A stretch of 64,000 bases of DNA from a virus. The DNA is taken from IMG/VR virus record IMGVR_UViG_3300017761_005873, positions 65,261-129,260 of that record. One strand, given 5' to 3'. Position numbers and translations under genes: made by a program. This document shows, one piece after another, positions 1 to 10,106 of the stretch (position 1 is its first letter; each line of letters begins with the position of its first letter). The notes beneath the pieces are model-generated. The model was not told where the DNA came from. It was given only the letters and a program-made list of their open reading frames with translations, and searched no databases.

Positions 1-1
1 A

Positions 2-145
2 AATAACGAAATGTCAATTAATTTTTTGGATAGAACAACAAAGGAAATTGATTTAAGTGATGGTACATTATACAATTCCTATGATGGTATTTTTGAAATA
101 AAATATAATACTGATATTAGAGTAACAGTTTCAAAACTAGGATAA
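2..145 (+). CDS. 3' end of a gene entering from the left; probable baseplate wedge (gp6-like) C-terminus
   Basis: Open frame from base 2 to TAA 143-145 reading ...LYNSYDGIFEIKYNTDIRVTVSKLG*. The FEIKYxxDI ending resembles T4-like baseplate wedge C-termini (recalled, not searched). Confidence 0.45.
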   Translation, partial: NNEMSINFLDRTTKEIDLSDGTLYNSYDGIFEIKYNTDIRVTVSKLG

Positions 146-146
146 T

Positions 147-1424
147 ATGTCTTTATCAAAGAAAAAATCAAATATAATAAATAAATTAAAGCTATACATA
201 AGTATTGCAAATAATAGTAATATTGATGCTAATTCTTTAAGTGATTTAATACCAAATACTAATGACCCAATTGATTTTTTACTTGATATTATAAAATCAA
301 CAATTGGAGAGAATGCATTGGAGATGGTAGTCCAAAGTGCATTATCTAAAATAATTAAACAAAAAAAACTTAATGAATTAAGTGATAAAGTTTATGATTC
401 AATAAGAAAAACTATACCTGAAAGTATATCATCAAGTACAGTAAATTATAATATACCAATTAAAACAATTGACCCAACAAATCAATTTAAAAAACCAGAA
501 TTATTACAGACAGTATCAGCACAAACAGGTGCAGTAGCAAACCAAACAAATCAATTTTTTAAAGATATTAAAAATAATGTTTTATCAAATGTAAATGTAG
601 AAGTGCCATTTATATTATTTGGTACAACTAAAGAAATTAAATTGAAATATCAAGAGCAAACTGATGAAATCAATTTAAACATACCATCAATTAGTGCATT
701 AGAATTATATGATGGTTTAAAAGGATTAATTGGGTCAATGTTTTCAGCAGGAGTTGTTATAAATGAAATTCTTAATATATTGTTTCATACTAACTTCTCA
801 AAAGAAGATGCACAAGTTTTAACAATTGTTCGTTCATATACAAAATATGAAACAAAAGAAGTTTTTAAATTAGATTTAAAAAAATTATTAGATTTAGAAT
901 TAGATACAGAAGTAAATGGTATTAATATTGATACAAGTTGTTTTAGAGAAAACATTGAAATTACTCAATCACAGATAGATAATCTTATATTAAATCCTAC
1001 TATTAGTAATTTTAATGCTTTAGTACCTGAATTTAATACAAGTTCATCATCTAATGGTAAAAATGATTATCATAAGAATATTTTAAAAACAATAATAGAA
1101 GCTATTATATCAATAATAATCAAACAACCTGTTGTTTTATTTTTTATTACAATTATTAATAAATTAATAGATTTTAATTATGATTTAAATATACTTGATA
1201 TTGCAACATTAATAGAGAGATTAAAAGCATTATTTGAATCAATGTTTGACACAATTTATGAAGACTTATTTTGTGTTATATTTAATTATATAAAAAAATT
1301 TGTAATTAAGTTAGTTATTGTAATTACAATAGAATTGATAAGAGAACAATTAGAAAAAAGAGCAAAAATTTTAGAATCATTATCACCAGTTAAAATAAAA
1401 GAAAATTTAAAATCTATCATATGA
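147..1424 (+). CDS. hypothetical protein, possibly virion-associated
   Basis: 425-aa ORF coupled to both neighbours; helical, hydrophobic C-terminal third. Confidence 0.6.
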   Translation: MSLSKKKSNIINKLKLYISIANNSNIDANSLSDLIPNTNDPIDFLLDIIKSTIGENALEMVVQSALSKIIKQKKLNELSDKVYDSIRKTIPESISSSTVNYNIPIKTIDPTNQFKKPELLQTVSAQTGAVANQTNQFFKDIKNNVLSNVNVEVPFILFGTTKEIKLKYQEQTDEINLNIPSISALELYDGLKGLIGSMFSAGVVINEILNILFHTNFSKEDAQVLTIVRSYTKYETKEVFKLDLKKLLDLELDTEVNGINIDTSCFRENIEITQSQIDNLILNPTISNFNALVPEFNTSSSSNGKNDYHKNILKTIIEAIISIIIKQPVVLFFITIINKLIDFNYDLNILDIATLIERLKALFESMFDTIYEDLFCVIFNYIKKFVIKLVIVITIELIREQLEKRAKILESLSPVKIKENLKSII

Positions 1425-1819
1425 CAAAAGAAATTTTAAATGCAGCAATAACAACTTTAAATGATATTCTAAGTATCAAAACACCTCCAAATTTTGGTAC
1501 TATTCCACCACCAATAGTTGTTTTATCACAAACAAGAAATGGTATGTCAGCACTTAGGGCTACTAATAAAGTTTTAGAAAAGAAAAAAGAATTAGGTATT
1601 CCTACAGGTAACTTAACTGATGGTAGTGCAAATTATGATGATATACTTTGGTATACAGCTATGAAAGCTATAATTGATGAAATTACTAATGAAGCTAGAA
1701 TAACCTCTGTTGATGCACCAGGAACACAAATTGTAGCAGCAGGTGGTAATGCAGGTGGTCCAGTTGTTGTTTACGGTTCTACCACAACTTTTTCAAATGG
1801 TGGTACAATTATTGAATAA
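1421..1819 (+). CDS. hypothetical phage protein with Gly-rich beta C-terminus (possibly baseplate/spike-associated)
   Basis: 132 aa, ATGA overlap with the previous gene, ends AAGGNAGGPVVVYG...GGTIIE. Confidence 0.55.
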   Translation: MTKEILNAAITTLNDILSIKTPPNFGTIPPPIVVLSQTRNGMSALRATNKVLEKKKELGIPTGNLTDGSANYDDILWYTAMKAIIDEITNEARITSVDAPGTQIVAAGGNAGGPVVVYGSTTTFSNGGTIIE

Positions 1820-1840
1820 AATATATTATATTTATGAATT

Positions 1841-2137
1841 ATGATTTTAAACGAAATTTTAGAAAAAAAAATTAATTCTTTTAAAAAAGAAAAGAACGAA
1901 AAAATAATTGAAAGTATAAATTTTTTAGTTGATGAATTTGATAATTATCAAAACCAATTAAATGATTTAGTTACTGAAATTGAAAATCAACCATTTGAGG
2001 ATGATTTTTTCTTTAAAAACATAAAAAAGGATGATTATAAAAAAAGAGCAAGTTTAATTGAGGAAAAAATATTTTCAATTGAAAAGAGATGGTCCGAATT
2101 GGTACTCATTTTAAATGAACGACTTAACAAAAAATAA
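1841..2137 (+). CDS. hypothetical coiled-coil protein
   Basis: 98-aa ORF preceded by TATATTTA at 1827-1834. Confidence 0.55.
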   Translation: MILNEILEKKINSFKKEKNEKIIESINFLVDEFDNYQNQLNDLVTEIENQPFEDDFFFKNIKKDDYKKRASLIEEKIFSIEKRWSELVLILNERLNKK

Positions 2138-2144
2138 AATTTTT

Positions 2145-2175
2145 TTTGTAGTTTTTATTGTAATTATTATATTTG
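2145..2175 (+). promoter_or_regulatory. Bacteroidota-type housekeeping promoter (-33 TTTG, -7 TATATTTG)
   Basis: TTTG 2145-2148, 19-nt spacer, TATATTTG 2168-2175, ATG at 2181. Confidence 0.7.
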
Positions 2176-2180
2176 CTTAT

Positions 2181-3026
2181 ATGAAGAGAATTAACTCAAA
2201 CACGGTCAATATAACAAAAGACACATCCGATATTTTAAAATTATATCATCAAGAAATTAGGAAAATTGATGATATACCCAAGAGTAAGGAAGTAGATTTA
2301 TTTTATGAATATAAGGCAACAAAATGCCCAAACATTAAAAATTTATTGATTAATAATAATCTTAGATTTGTTATTAATGTTGCAAAACACTATCATAATA
2401 GTAGTTTTTATCAATTATCAGATGTAATTTCATCGGGAAATATTGGTTTAATAAGAGCCGTTGAAGAATTCGACCCAAGCAGAGGATTTAAATTTAGTAC
2501 ATATGCTGTTTGGTGGATAAGACAATCAATCTTAGAAGGTATTGCAAAAGAATCAAAAGCTATTAAACAACCTATTAAATTACATGCTGTAAATCAAAAG
2601 TTTTTAGATTTAAAAAATAAATTTTATAATAATTATGGGTTTGACCCAAACATAGAAGATATTAAAGAAGATTTATCCGAAGAAACCTCTTGCGAAATTT
2701 TAGCAAAATCAATATCAGCAATAGATGATAATAATATAATTTCAATATCTTCTCCTGTGTCTTCTTCATCTGAGGATATTATGTTTGAAGATATTCTACC
2801 ATCACCAATATTGGATGATAAATCAATATACTTTAATACAGATTTAAAATCAATATCTTTAAAGAATCTAAATAAAATTGAAAAATTAGTTTTAAGTTAT
2901 ACATATGGTTTAAATGATAAACCTGAAATAAGTTTTAATCAAATATCTAAATTAATTAATAAAAGTGAAAATGAAATTAAATCAATTCATGATAAAGCTT
3001 TAAAAATTATTAAAAATGATTTATAA
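2181..3026 (+). CDS. sigma-70 family (RpoD/SigA-like) RNA polymerase sigma factor
   Basis: Region 2 motifs NLRFVINVAKHY, GNIGLIRAVEEFDPSRGFKFSTYAVWWIRQSI and a region 4 HTH. Start moved from 2115 to ATG 2181 because the promoter lies in between. Confidence 0.92.
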   Translation: MKRINSNTVNITKDTSDILKLYHQEIRKIDDIPKSKEVDLFYEYKATKCPNIKNLLINNNLRFVINVAKHYHNSSFYQLSDVISSGNIGLIRAVEEFDPSRGFKFSTYAVWWIRQSILEGIAKESKAIKQPIKLHAVNQKFLDLKNKFYNNYGFDPNIEDIKEDLSEETSCEILAKSISAIDDNNIISISSPVSSSSEDIMFEDILPSPILDDKSIYFNTDLKSISLKNLNKIEKLVLSYTYGLNDKPEISFNQISKLINKSENEIKSIHDKALKIIKNDL

Positions 3027-3981
3027 TTTACTTGAATCTGTATTTGGGCATCCTAAAAATAATTCATCAATTCAATTACAATTTAACTGTCCTGAATGCG
3101 CTAAATTAAATTATGGTATTCCCGATGATAAATACAATCTTGAGGTCAATATTGCATTAAATAATAAGGGAAAATATAATAAAGTTTGTAAATGTTGGAA
3201 ATGTGGATTATCAGGTCCACTTTTTTTTGTATTTAAAAAATATGCTGATAAAAGACAAATTGCAGAATTTTTAAAATATGAAAATGAACCAATTGTTTTA
3301 TCACAAATAAAAAAATATAAAATATTTTCATTACCAAAAGAATTTATATCTTTTAAAAATATGGATAAAAATAATCCATTACATTTAGAAGCATATGATT
3401 ATGTTAGAAATAATAGAAAAGTTTCTGATGTAATAATTAAAAGAGATAATCTTGGATTTTGTCTTGAAGGTTATTATAAAGATAGGATTATCAAACCTTC
3501 ATATGATTTAAATAATAAATTGAATTTTTATATTACAAGAGCATTTAAAAATAACACAGATAAACATCAAACATATAAACTACCACAAGCAGATAAAAGA
3601 GAGATTATTTTCAATGAAAAAAACATAAATTGGAATGGAACTGTTTATATTGTTGAGGCATATTTTGAATATACTACTTTACCTGTTAATACTATTATCT
3701 TATTAGGTAAATCTCTTTATGATAATATACTTACTAAGTTAATTAAATATAAACCAAATGTTATTATATTATTAAATCCTGATGCTATTGACAAAAGGGA
3801 ATATTTTAATTATAAAATGACTCCCAATTCATCATTGGAGATTCAGGAACGATTATTGAGTTTAGGATTAGAAAATGTAAAGGTACAAATGTATAATGAT
3901 AATAAAGATTTGAATAATAATATGCAAATTTATGGAAAAGATTATATATTTGATTTAATTAAAACGAATTTAAAACAATAA
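3016..3981 (+). CDS. DnaG-type DNA primase-like protein (Zn finger plus TOPRIM with atypical acidic motifs)
   Basis: CPEC...CWKC zinc finger, YYKDRIIxP, YITRAF, IFNE, VYIVEAYFE, LLGK, LNPDA, KDLN. Confidence 0.75.
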   Translation: MIYNLLESVFGHPKNNSSIQLQFNCPECAKLNYGIPDDKYNLEVNIALNNKGKYNKVCKCWKCGLSGPLFFVFKKYADKRQIAEFLKYENEPIVLSQIKKYKIFSLPKEFISFKNMDKNNPLHLEAYDYVRNNRKVSDVIIKRDNLGFCLEGYYKDRIIKPSYDLNNKLNFYITRAFKNNTDKHQTYKLPQADKREIIFNEKNINWNGTVYIVEAYFEYTTLPVNTIILLGKSLYDNILTKLIKYKPNVIILLNPDAIDKREYFNYKMTPNSSLEIQERLLSLGLENVKVQMYNDNKDLNNNMQIYGKDYIFDLIKTNLKQ

Positions 3982-4006
3982 ATTTTATTTTATAAAATGG
4001 AAAATA

Positions 4007-4528
4007 ATGTTAGATATACAAAAAGAAAAGTTAGATAAAGAGATTTACAAAAAATATGAAAAATTAGTTATAAATTACTTTTATTCTAAAACTTTGGATG
4101 CACAATTATCTAAAGATTTAAGTGCTGAAACAATGAGCAAAATAATTATCAATTATCATAAAAAACTTAATAAAAAAACACTAGATAATTGGGTATTTAC
4201 TGTTACACAAAATCATTTTTATGATTATGTAAGAAAAATCAACAGAAAAAAATATAAAAAATATGTTTCAATAGATGAAAAATCACAATTCATTGATAAT
4301 GTTTTTATTAATAGTGATTATGAAAATCAATTTAATTCTATAAACGAAATTATGAAAATTTGTCATGATGAAACTTTAAAAAATTTTTATGAATATAAAT
4401 ATTTAAAACATTATGATAATAAGACGATTATAAAAGAAATGAATATTACATATAAAAAAATTAAATTTTTTGATGAAAATTTAGTATCTTTTTTAAAGAA
4501 TCAAGTATTGGATAACCTATTTACATGA
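4007..4528 (+). CDS. ECF-type sigma factor-like protein
   Basis: 173 aa; region-2-like KDLSAETMSKI...LDNWVFTVTQNHFYDYVRK and a C-terminal HTH-like segment. Confidence 0.7.
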   Translation: MLDIQKEKLDKEIYKKYEKLVINYFYSKTLDAQLSKDLSAETMSKIIINYHKKLNKKTLDNWVFTVTQNHFYDYVRKINRKKYKKYVSIDEKSQFIDNVFINSDYENQFNSINEIMKICHDETLKNFYEYKYLKHYDNKTIIKEMNITYKKIKFFDENLVSFLKNQVLDNLFT

Positions 4529-4534
4529 AACTAA

Positions 4535-5287
4535 ATGCGTGTGAATAGGAAAATTAAAAAATACAATGTTGAAGAAACAGCAGAAGACAAGCTAAAGGAG
4601 AAAAAGAACGAGATTAGAAAAAAAGTTGGAAAACCATATTTAAAAATTTCTCCTAAAACCGAAAACCAAGAAAAATTTGTTGAAGATATCTTGGACAATG
4701 AATCAATGTATGTAATTGCTACAGGAATTGCAGGTGCAGGTAAAACCTTCATAGCATTGGTTCAAGCAATAAACTTATTATTATCAGATAATAATAACTA
4801 TACAAAGATTAGAATATTTAAACCTTTAAAACAACTACAAGGTGAAGATATTGGTATATTACCAGGCGGTGTTGAAGAAAAATTAGAATATGTTTTAATG
4901 TCTTATTCAATGCAATTAAATAAACTATTAAGTCCAATTGCATTGGAAATATTATTCAAAGAAAAAATCATTGAAGTAATACCAATGGGTAATTTAAGAG
5001 GTTTATCTCTTGATAATATTAATATCTTTGATGAATTCCAAAATGTATCAGTTGATAATACTGAAACCGTTTTAACTCGTCTTGAAGAAGGTGCTAAAAT
5101 GATTATTATTGGTGATATTCGTCAAAGAGATTTTAAAGATAAAACCGATAATGGATTAATGTTTTTAACTCAACATTTTAGAGATTTTGATGAACATATT
5201 AAAGTCATTGAATTTGTTGATTCAGATTGCGTAAGAAGTCCATTAATTCAAAAAATAACAAAATTATTTGATGAGAAAAAACCGTAA
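4535..5287 (+). CDS. phoH: PhoH-family ATPase
   Basis: TGIAGAGKT Walker A, IGILPGGVEEK, LRGLSL, FDEFQN, LTRLEEGAKMIIIGD.Q.D, VRSPL. Confidence 0.93.
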   Translation: MRVNRKIKKYNVEETAEDKLKEKKNEIRKKVGKPYLKISPKTENQEKFVEDILDNESMYVIATGIAGAGKTFIALVQAINLLLSDNNNYTKIRIFKPLKQLQGEDIGILPGGVEEKLEYVLMSYSMQLNKLLSPIALEILFKEKIIEVIPMGNLRGLSLDNINIFDEFQNVSVDNTETVLTRLEEGAKMIIIGDIRQRDFKDKTDNGLMFLTQHFRDFDEHIKVIEFVDSDCVRSPLIQKITKLFDEKKP

Positions 5288-5541
5288 TGAAAAATTTCTT
5301 AGATAACATAAAACACAGTAAATTAGGGAAAATTTTAGACATACTTTTCTTGGGAACTTTTTTTAGAATCCATAAATTTGTCCTATATTTGTTTGTACCA
5401 ACTCTAATATTTTCTTTCATGCAATACTTCCGTATTTTAGGTATAGATGACCATTTTATGGTTATTCTAACCCTAATATTGCTTCCAATATTTATCATTG
5501 GTGCATTTTGGTTCATCTACAAAACAACAAAATTAGACTAA
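5287..5541 (+). CDS. small membrane protein (2 TM)
   Basis: 84 aa with two hydrophobic stretches, TAATG-coupled to phoH. Confidence 0.6.
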   Translation: MKNFLDNIKHSKLGKILDILFLGTFFRIHKFVLYLFVPTLIFSFMQYFRILGIDDHFMVILTLILLPIFIIGAFWFIYKTTKLD

Positions 5542-5554
5542 CAATTAATAACAT

Positions 5555-5590
5555 ATCCTGTTTGTAGTAAAATATAAACAGGATTTTTTT
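5555..5590 (+). terminator. intrinsic terminator
   Basis: ATCCTGTTT ... AAACAGGAT stem followed by a T-run. Confidence 0.65.
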
Positions 5591-5608
5591 ATACTTAAAT
5601 TTACAAAA

Positions 5609-6574
5609 ATGATTACACAAGAAAGATTAGAATTTAAACCATTTCAATATCAATGGGCATATGAGGCATGGTTTAAACAACAGAATGCACATTGGTTGCA
5701 TACTGAAATTAATATGCAAAAAGATGTTAAAGATTGGAATAATGGTTTAACATTTAAAGAAAAAAATGTTATTGGTAACATCCTAAAAGGATTTACACAA
5801 ACAGAAACTGTTGTTAATGACTATTGGTCAACTTATGTAACAAAATGGTTTCCTGTTCCTGAAATTAAAATGATGGCAAGTACATTTGGAGCATTTGAAA
5901 CAATCCATGCTGTTGCTTATTCATATCTTAATGATACATTGGGTTTAACAGACTTTAAATCATTTATGGAGGATGATGCTACTATGGCTAAACTTGAAGC
6001 ATTGATGGAAATTGACCCTAATGATACAAATCTTACTAATATTGCAAGAAGTCTTGCATTATTCTCTGCTTGTGCAGAAGGCATCCAATTATATTCTTCA
6101 TTTGCAGTTCTTCTTTCTTTTAGAAAAAAGAATATGATGACAGGTATTGGTCAACAAATGATTTTTTCAGTTCGTGATGAATCTCTACACTCTGAATCAG
6201 GTTGTAAGTTGTTCAGAACATTAATTGAAGAAAATCCATCAATTTGGACAGATGAATTAAAAAATACAATTTATCAAGGTGTTGATTTAGCAATTACCAA
6301 TGAATTTAATTACATTGATAAAATATTTGAACTTGGTAATTTGGAAACCATTACAAAAGATATTCTTAAAAACTTTATGTTTGACAGAGCAAACAGAAAA
6401 CTTAAAGAGTTAATGTTACAACCTGTCTATACTGTTGATAATGATTTACTTAAAGAAATGGAATGGTTTTATATTGCTACATCAGGCGAACAACAAACCG
6501 ATTTCTTTGCAAATCGTGAAACTTCATACTCAAAACCAAATGAAGATTGGAATAATACAGATGACTTATTTTAA
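5609..6574 (+). CDS. nrdB: ribonucleotide reductase class Ia beta subunit
   Basis: HWLHTE, ETIHAVAYS, EGIQLYSSF, RDESLH di-iron motifs, TDFF near the C-terminus. Confidence 0.96.
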   Translation: MITQERLEFKPFQYQWAYEAWFKQQNAHWLHTEINMQKDVKDWNNGLTFKEKNVIGNILKGFTQTETVVNDYWSTYVTKWFPVPEIKMMASTFGAFETIHAVAYSYLNDTLGLTDFKSFMEDDATMAKLEALMEIDPNDTNLTNIARSLALFSACAEGIQLYSSFAVLLSFRKKNMMTGIGQQMIFSVRDESLHSESGCKLFRTLIEENPSIWTDELKNTIYQGVDLAITNEFNYIDKIFELGNLETITKDILKNFMFDRANRKLKELMLQPVYTVDNDLLKEMEWFYIATSGEQQTDFFANRETSYSKPNEDWNNTDDLF

Positions 6575-6583
6575 AATAAAAAA

Positions 6584-8320
6584 ATGAAATTAGAAACACA
6601 CGACATAGCTAGAAACATGGGTTGGAAAGTTGGTATTGACTTTCCTGAATGGGGTAATAATGCACTTTACCTTACAACGATTAAAGGTGGATACCTTCTT
6701 GATGGTGAAACACCAAAAGATGGATATACAAGAGTATCATCAAGAGCAGCAGAGTTATTAAATAAACCTGAATTTCAAGAAAGATTCTTTGATATTCTTT
6801 GGAAAGGATGGTTAATTCCATCTACACCTGTAATGGCTAATCTTGGAACAGATGTAGCATTACCTATTAGTTGTTTCTCTTCTCATGTTGGTGATTCTAT
6901 GTATGAAATCTATCGTAAGAATCTTGAGATGGCAATGCTTTCAAAATATGGTGGAGGTACTGCATACGATTTTTCTTCAATCAGAGCAATGGGTACTAAA
7001 ATCAAAGATGGTAGAGGTGGAAGTTCAGATGGTATAATTCCATTTATTAAATCTTATGACTCAACTATCTTAGCATCTAAGCAAGGAAAGACAAGAAGAG
7101 GTGCTGTAGCGATTTATTTGAATGCAGAACATGGTGAATTCAAAGAATTTCTTGAAGTAAGAGAACCAAAAGGTGATGTAAATAGACAATCACACAATAT
7201 TCATCAAGGCGCAATTTTTACAGATGAGTTTATGAATAAAGTTGTTGATAAAAATGGTAAGGAAAGAGAAATTTGGCTTGAAACTTTAAAGAAAAGAGTA
7301 AAGACAGGTGAACCTTATACTATGTTCATTGACAATGCTAATAATTCTGTACCTGATTGGTGGCATAAAAATAATTTGAAGATTAGACATTCAAATCTTT
7401 GTTCTGAAATCTTTTTACCAACAGATGAAAATCATACTTTAGTGTGTTGTCTTTCTTCCTTAAATCTTGTTAAGTTTGAAGAATGGAAAGGTACTGATAC
7501 TGTTTATCTTTCTGTAATGTTTTTAGATGCTGTAATGGAAGACTTTCTTCAAAAGGGTAACTCAGAGTCATATAAAGGAATTGAGGATGCTGTGCGCTTT
7601 GCTACGAAGTCAAGAGCATTAGGATTGGGTGCATTAGGTTGGCATAGTTTCTTACAAAGCAAATTAATTCCATTTGTTTCTATTGAAGCTAATGCTTGGA
7701 CTAATATTATCTTTAAATATATTAAAGATGAATCCGAAAGAGCAACAATGGATTTGGCAAAAGAATATGGCGAACCTGAATGGTGTCAAGGAACAGGTAG
7801 AAGAAACTTAACTCTTCTTGCTATTGCACCAAATAGGTCTTCATCAAAACTAGCAGGTGGTTATTCACAAGGTGTTGAACCAATTGCAGCAAACATTTAT
7901 ATGGATGATGATGCAAAAGGATTACACATTAGAAGAAATCCATTTTTAGAACAATTATTAGAATCTAAAGGTAAAAACTTACCACAGGTTTGGGATGCAA
8001 TTTCTGAAGATAAGGGTTCGGTTATTAATGTTAGATGTATGAGTACAGAAGAAAAGGCTGTTTTCAAAACATTCAAGGAAATTAATCAACTTGAACTTGT
8101 TAGACAGGCAGGTATTCGTCAAAAATATATTGACCAAGGACAATCATTGAATCTTGCATTCTTTAATGATGCACCTGCTAAGTTTATTAATCAAGTTCAC
8201 ATTGAAGCATGGAAACTTGGATTAAAATCTTTATATTATTTGAGGTCTGAGTCTGTATTGAGAGCAGATACAAAAGAACAAAGAGATTTATATTCAGAAT
8301 GTATAATGTGTGAAGGATAA
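6584..8320 (+). CDS. nrdA: ribonucleotide reductase class Ia alpha subunit (short, no ATP cone evident)
   Basis: STPVMAN, ISCF, SNLCSEI, VCCLSS, IAPNRSSS, KSLYYLR and C-terminal CIMCEG. Confidence 0.96.
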   Translation: MKLETHDIARNMGWKVGIDFPEWGNNALYLTTIKGGYLLDGETPKDGYTRVSSRAAELLNKPEFQERFFDILWKGWLIPSTPVMANLGTDVALPISCFSSHVGDSMYEIYRKNLEMAMLSKYGGGTAYDFSSIRAMGTKIKDGRGGSSDGIIPFIKSYDSTILASKQGKTRRGAVAIYLNAEHGEFKEFLEVREPKGDVNRQSHNIHQGAIFTDEFMNKVVDKNGKEREIWLETLKKRVKTGEPYTMFIDNANNSVPDWWHKNNLKIRHSNLCSEIFLPTDENHTLVCCLSSLNLVKFEEWKGTDTVYLSVMFLDAVMEDFLQKGNSESYKGIEDAVRFATKSRALGLGALGWHSFLQSKLIPFVSIEANAWTNIIFKYIKDESERATMDLAKEYGEPEWCQGTGRRNLTLLAIAPNRSSSKLAGGYSQGVEPIAANIYMDDDAKGLHIRRNPFLEQLLESKGKNLPQVWDAISEDKGSVINVRCMSTEEKAVFKTFKEINQLELVRQAGIRQKYIDQGQSLNLAFFNDAPAKFINQVHIEAWKLGLKSLYYLRSESVLRADTKEQRDLYSECIMCEG

Positions 8321-8728
8321 ATGGAATCTTTAATTAGAAATAAAAATTATTTAAAAAAAGTTATTGATTTTACAGGAATCAGTAATAAAAAAATACATCC
8401 ATCTGATATAGATTGTGTTTTAGAATTTAATGATAGATATTTAATTCTTATGGAATTTAAATTTCAAAAAGAAGGTGTTACCATTCCAACAGGACAACAA
8501 TTATTGTTAGAAAGAATTTCTAAAGCATGGGATAAATCGGATTCAATAAAAAAATCAGTTATCTTAAAAGTTATTCACAATTCAAATGATGATGTTATTT
8601 TAGCAAGAAATTGTAAAGTTACTGAAATCTATGCTGACAAAAAATGGTTTAAAACTAAAATGGAATTAAAAAAATGTTTGCTCAAACTAGGTGAAAAATG
8701 GGATTGCGAAAAATTAAAACTAATGTGA
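8321..8728 (+). CDS. PD-(D/E)xK nuclease-fold protein
   Basis: PSDID...LMEFK...PTGQ motif pattern. Confidence 0.55.
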   Translation: MESLIRNKNYLKKVIDFTGISNKKIHPSDIDCVLEFNDRYLILMEFKFQKEGVTIPTGQQLLLERISKAWDKSDSIKKSVILKVIHNSNDDVILARNCKVTEIYADKKWFKTKMELKKCLLKLGEKWDCEKLKLM

Positions 8729-9165
8729 TAAAACTAATCCCCATAATTTGGGGATTTTTTACTTTATCTGTTTATGGTCAAAAGATAGGTAAACCTAAAC
8801 TTTCTTTGAAAGATTATTCAAGAAAAGAATTTTTTAATATCCTATTAAAAGAAAATGGATATATTGAAATTGAGGTTGAAGTTAGAATGACAGATATTTT
8901 TGAAAAAGTTCAAATAATTGATTTATATAGAAGAAAAAATTTTTTTGTACCATGCCATGATGATGATTATATTCTTGATAAGAATAATAAAATTTTCTTA
9001 AAAAAGAAAATAATTTTATTGAATCAACTAAAAGAAAAAGGAGAGTTCTATAGTATAAATCTAAAGTTAATTAGTAAAACAAATAAAAAACTTTATAATG
9101 AAAATATAAAACTCTCCAAAAGAAGATTAATAAACAAAGAAAAGATTAAAATTAAGTTTATTTAA
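8698..9165 (+). CDS. hypothetical Lys-rich protein; true start uncertain and probably downstream of 8760
   Basis: ORF-track frame whose 5' part overlaps a terminator hairpin. Confidence 0.45.
   Translation: MGLRKIKTNVIKLIPIIWGFFTLSVYGQKIGKPKLSLKDYSRKEFFNILLKENGYIEIEVEVRMTDIFEKVQIIDLYRRKNFFVPCHDDDYILDKNNKIFLKKKIILLNQLKEKGEFYSINLKLISKTNKKLYNENIKLSKRRLINKEKIKIKFI
8736..8760 (+). terminator. intrinsic terminator after the RNR operon
   Basis: AATCCCCA-TAATT-TGGGGATT followed by TTTT, just past stop 8728. Confidence 0.7.
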
Positions 9166-9513
9166 TTATAATTTTCATTACTTTTGAATCTTTCTCTTCT
9201 TTCAATTTACATTCAATACTAGAATACATTTCTCAAATTTTACATTTATACTATTAACATCATAATATTTTAATGGTAGATAATATTTTTTGTAATACTG
9301 ACTATCTAACATACTTGAATTACCTTCAACTGTCAAATAGTCATTTTCATATGATACAGAAACTTCTTCTTTATCAAATCCTGCAAATTGTAATTGTTTA
9401 ACAAAGTCTTTCTTATCATTATTTAAAGAAAAATATTGCCATCTTGATGTACTAACATCAGTCCTTAAACCAGCATCTTTTAAAAAGATATCTTCAAGAT
9501 TATAATTTATCAT
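9158..9513 (-). CDS. Hsp20/alpha-crystallin small heat-shock protein with a frameshift near 9220
   Basis: AGFDKEEVSVSYENDYLTVEG...INVKFEKCIL. Frame 0 stops at 9202; the shifted frame supplies SIECKLKEEKDSKVMKIIIK* ending at 9158. Confidence 0.8.
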
Positions 9514-9555
9514 AATATTTTTATTTTATACATATAAATATACAATATTTATACC

Positions 9556-9588
9556 AAAAAAAATCCCATCGGATACCAATGGGATTTT
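9556..9588 (-). terminator. intrinsic terminator of the tail tube gene
   Basis: AAAATCCCAT-CGGATACCA-ATGGGATTTT with an A8 run that gives a U-tract on the minus strand. Confidence 0.75.
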
Positions 9589-9611
9589 CAATTTTTAAAT
9601 TATTACTATTA

Positions 9612-10106
9612 TTAGTAATTATTTTCAGCTAAGTCGTAACTTAAAGTAAGCGTAATTTTTTGTACTTCATCACTAGTATATTCATTCTTTCCAAAATCAA
9701 TATTACTGATGAATGCTCCAAAAATTGTGAACTGTTGAACACCTACAAGAGTTGGGTCAAGAGCAACAAGTCTTAAATCTTTCTTATAACCTGAAGCATA
9801 ACCCATTCTACCTGTTAAGTTTTCAGCACATAGTCTATACCATTCCATAATCAATTGTACTGAGGATGGACCTTGTAAGTCAATTAATTCAACAGTTAGG
9901 TCATCAAAAGTTACATGACCTGCAACTTTTTGTTCATAGTTCAAATATTTAATTGGAACTGAGTTAACTTTCATTTTAGGTCTATCAACAGCATTAACAA
10001 TCCAAGCATATTGACTCATGTCAATATCACCTGGGAAAAACAACTCAAACCTATTAGGTCTGAGAGGTTCATATTGGGTAGGTACATTTCTAAATCCTTG
10101 TGGCAT
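9612..10106 (-). CDS. tail tube protein (T4 gp19-like)
   Basis: YEPLRPNRF, VDRPK, EWYR, GRMGYASGYKKD, LTLSYD; lies directly downstream of the sheath. Confidence 0.88.
   Translation of the reverse strand: MPQGFRNVPTQYEPLRPNRFELFFPGDIDMSQYAWIVNAVDRPKMKVNSVPIKYLNYEQKVAGHVTFDDLTVELIDLQGPSSVQLIMEWYRLCAENLTGRMGYASGYKKDLRLVALDPTLVGVQQFTIFGAFISNIDFGKNEYTSDEVQKITLTLSYDLAENNY

Noticed and set aside
2115-2180. N-terminal transmembrane helix on the sigma factor
   Set aside because: It is the translation of the T-rich promoter region; the real start is most likely ATG 2181.
8698-8790. Signal peptide with Gln +1 (KLIPIIWGFFTLSVYG-Q)
   Set aside because: The hydrophobic stretch is encoded by the terminator hairpin and T-run at 8736-8760, so it is probably not translated.
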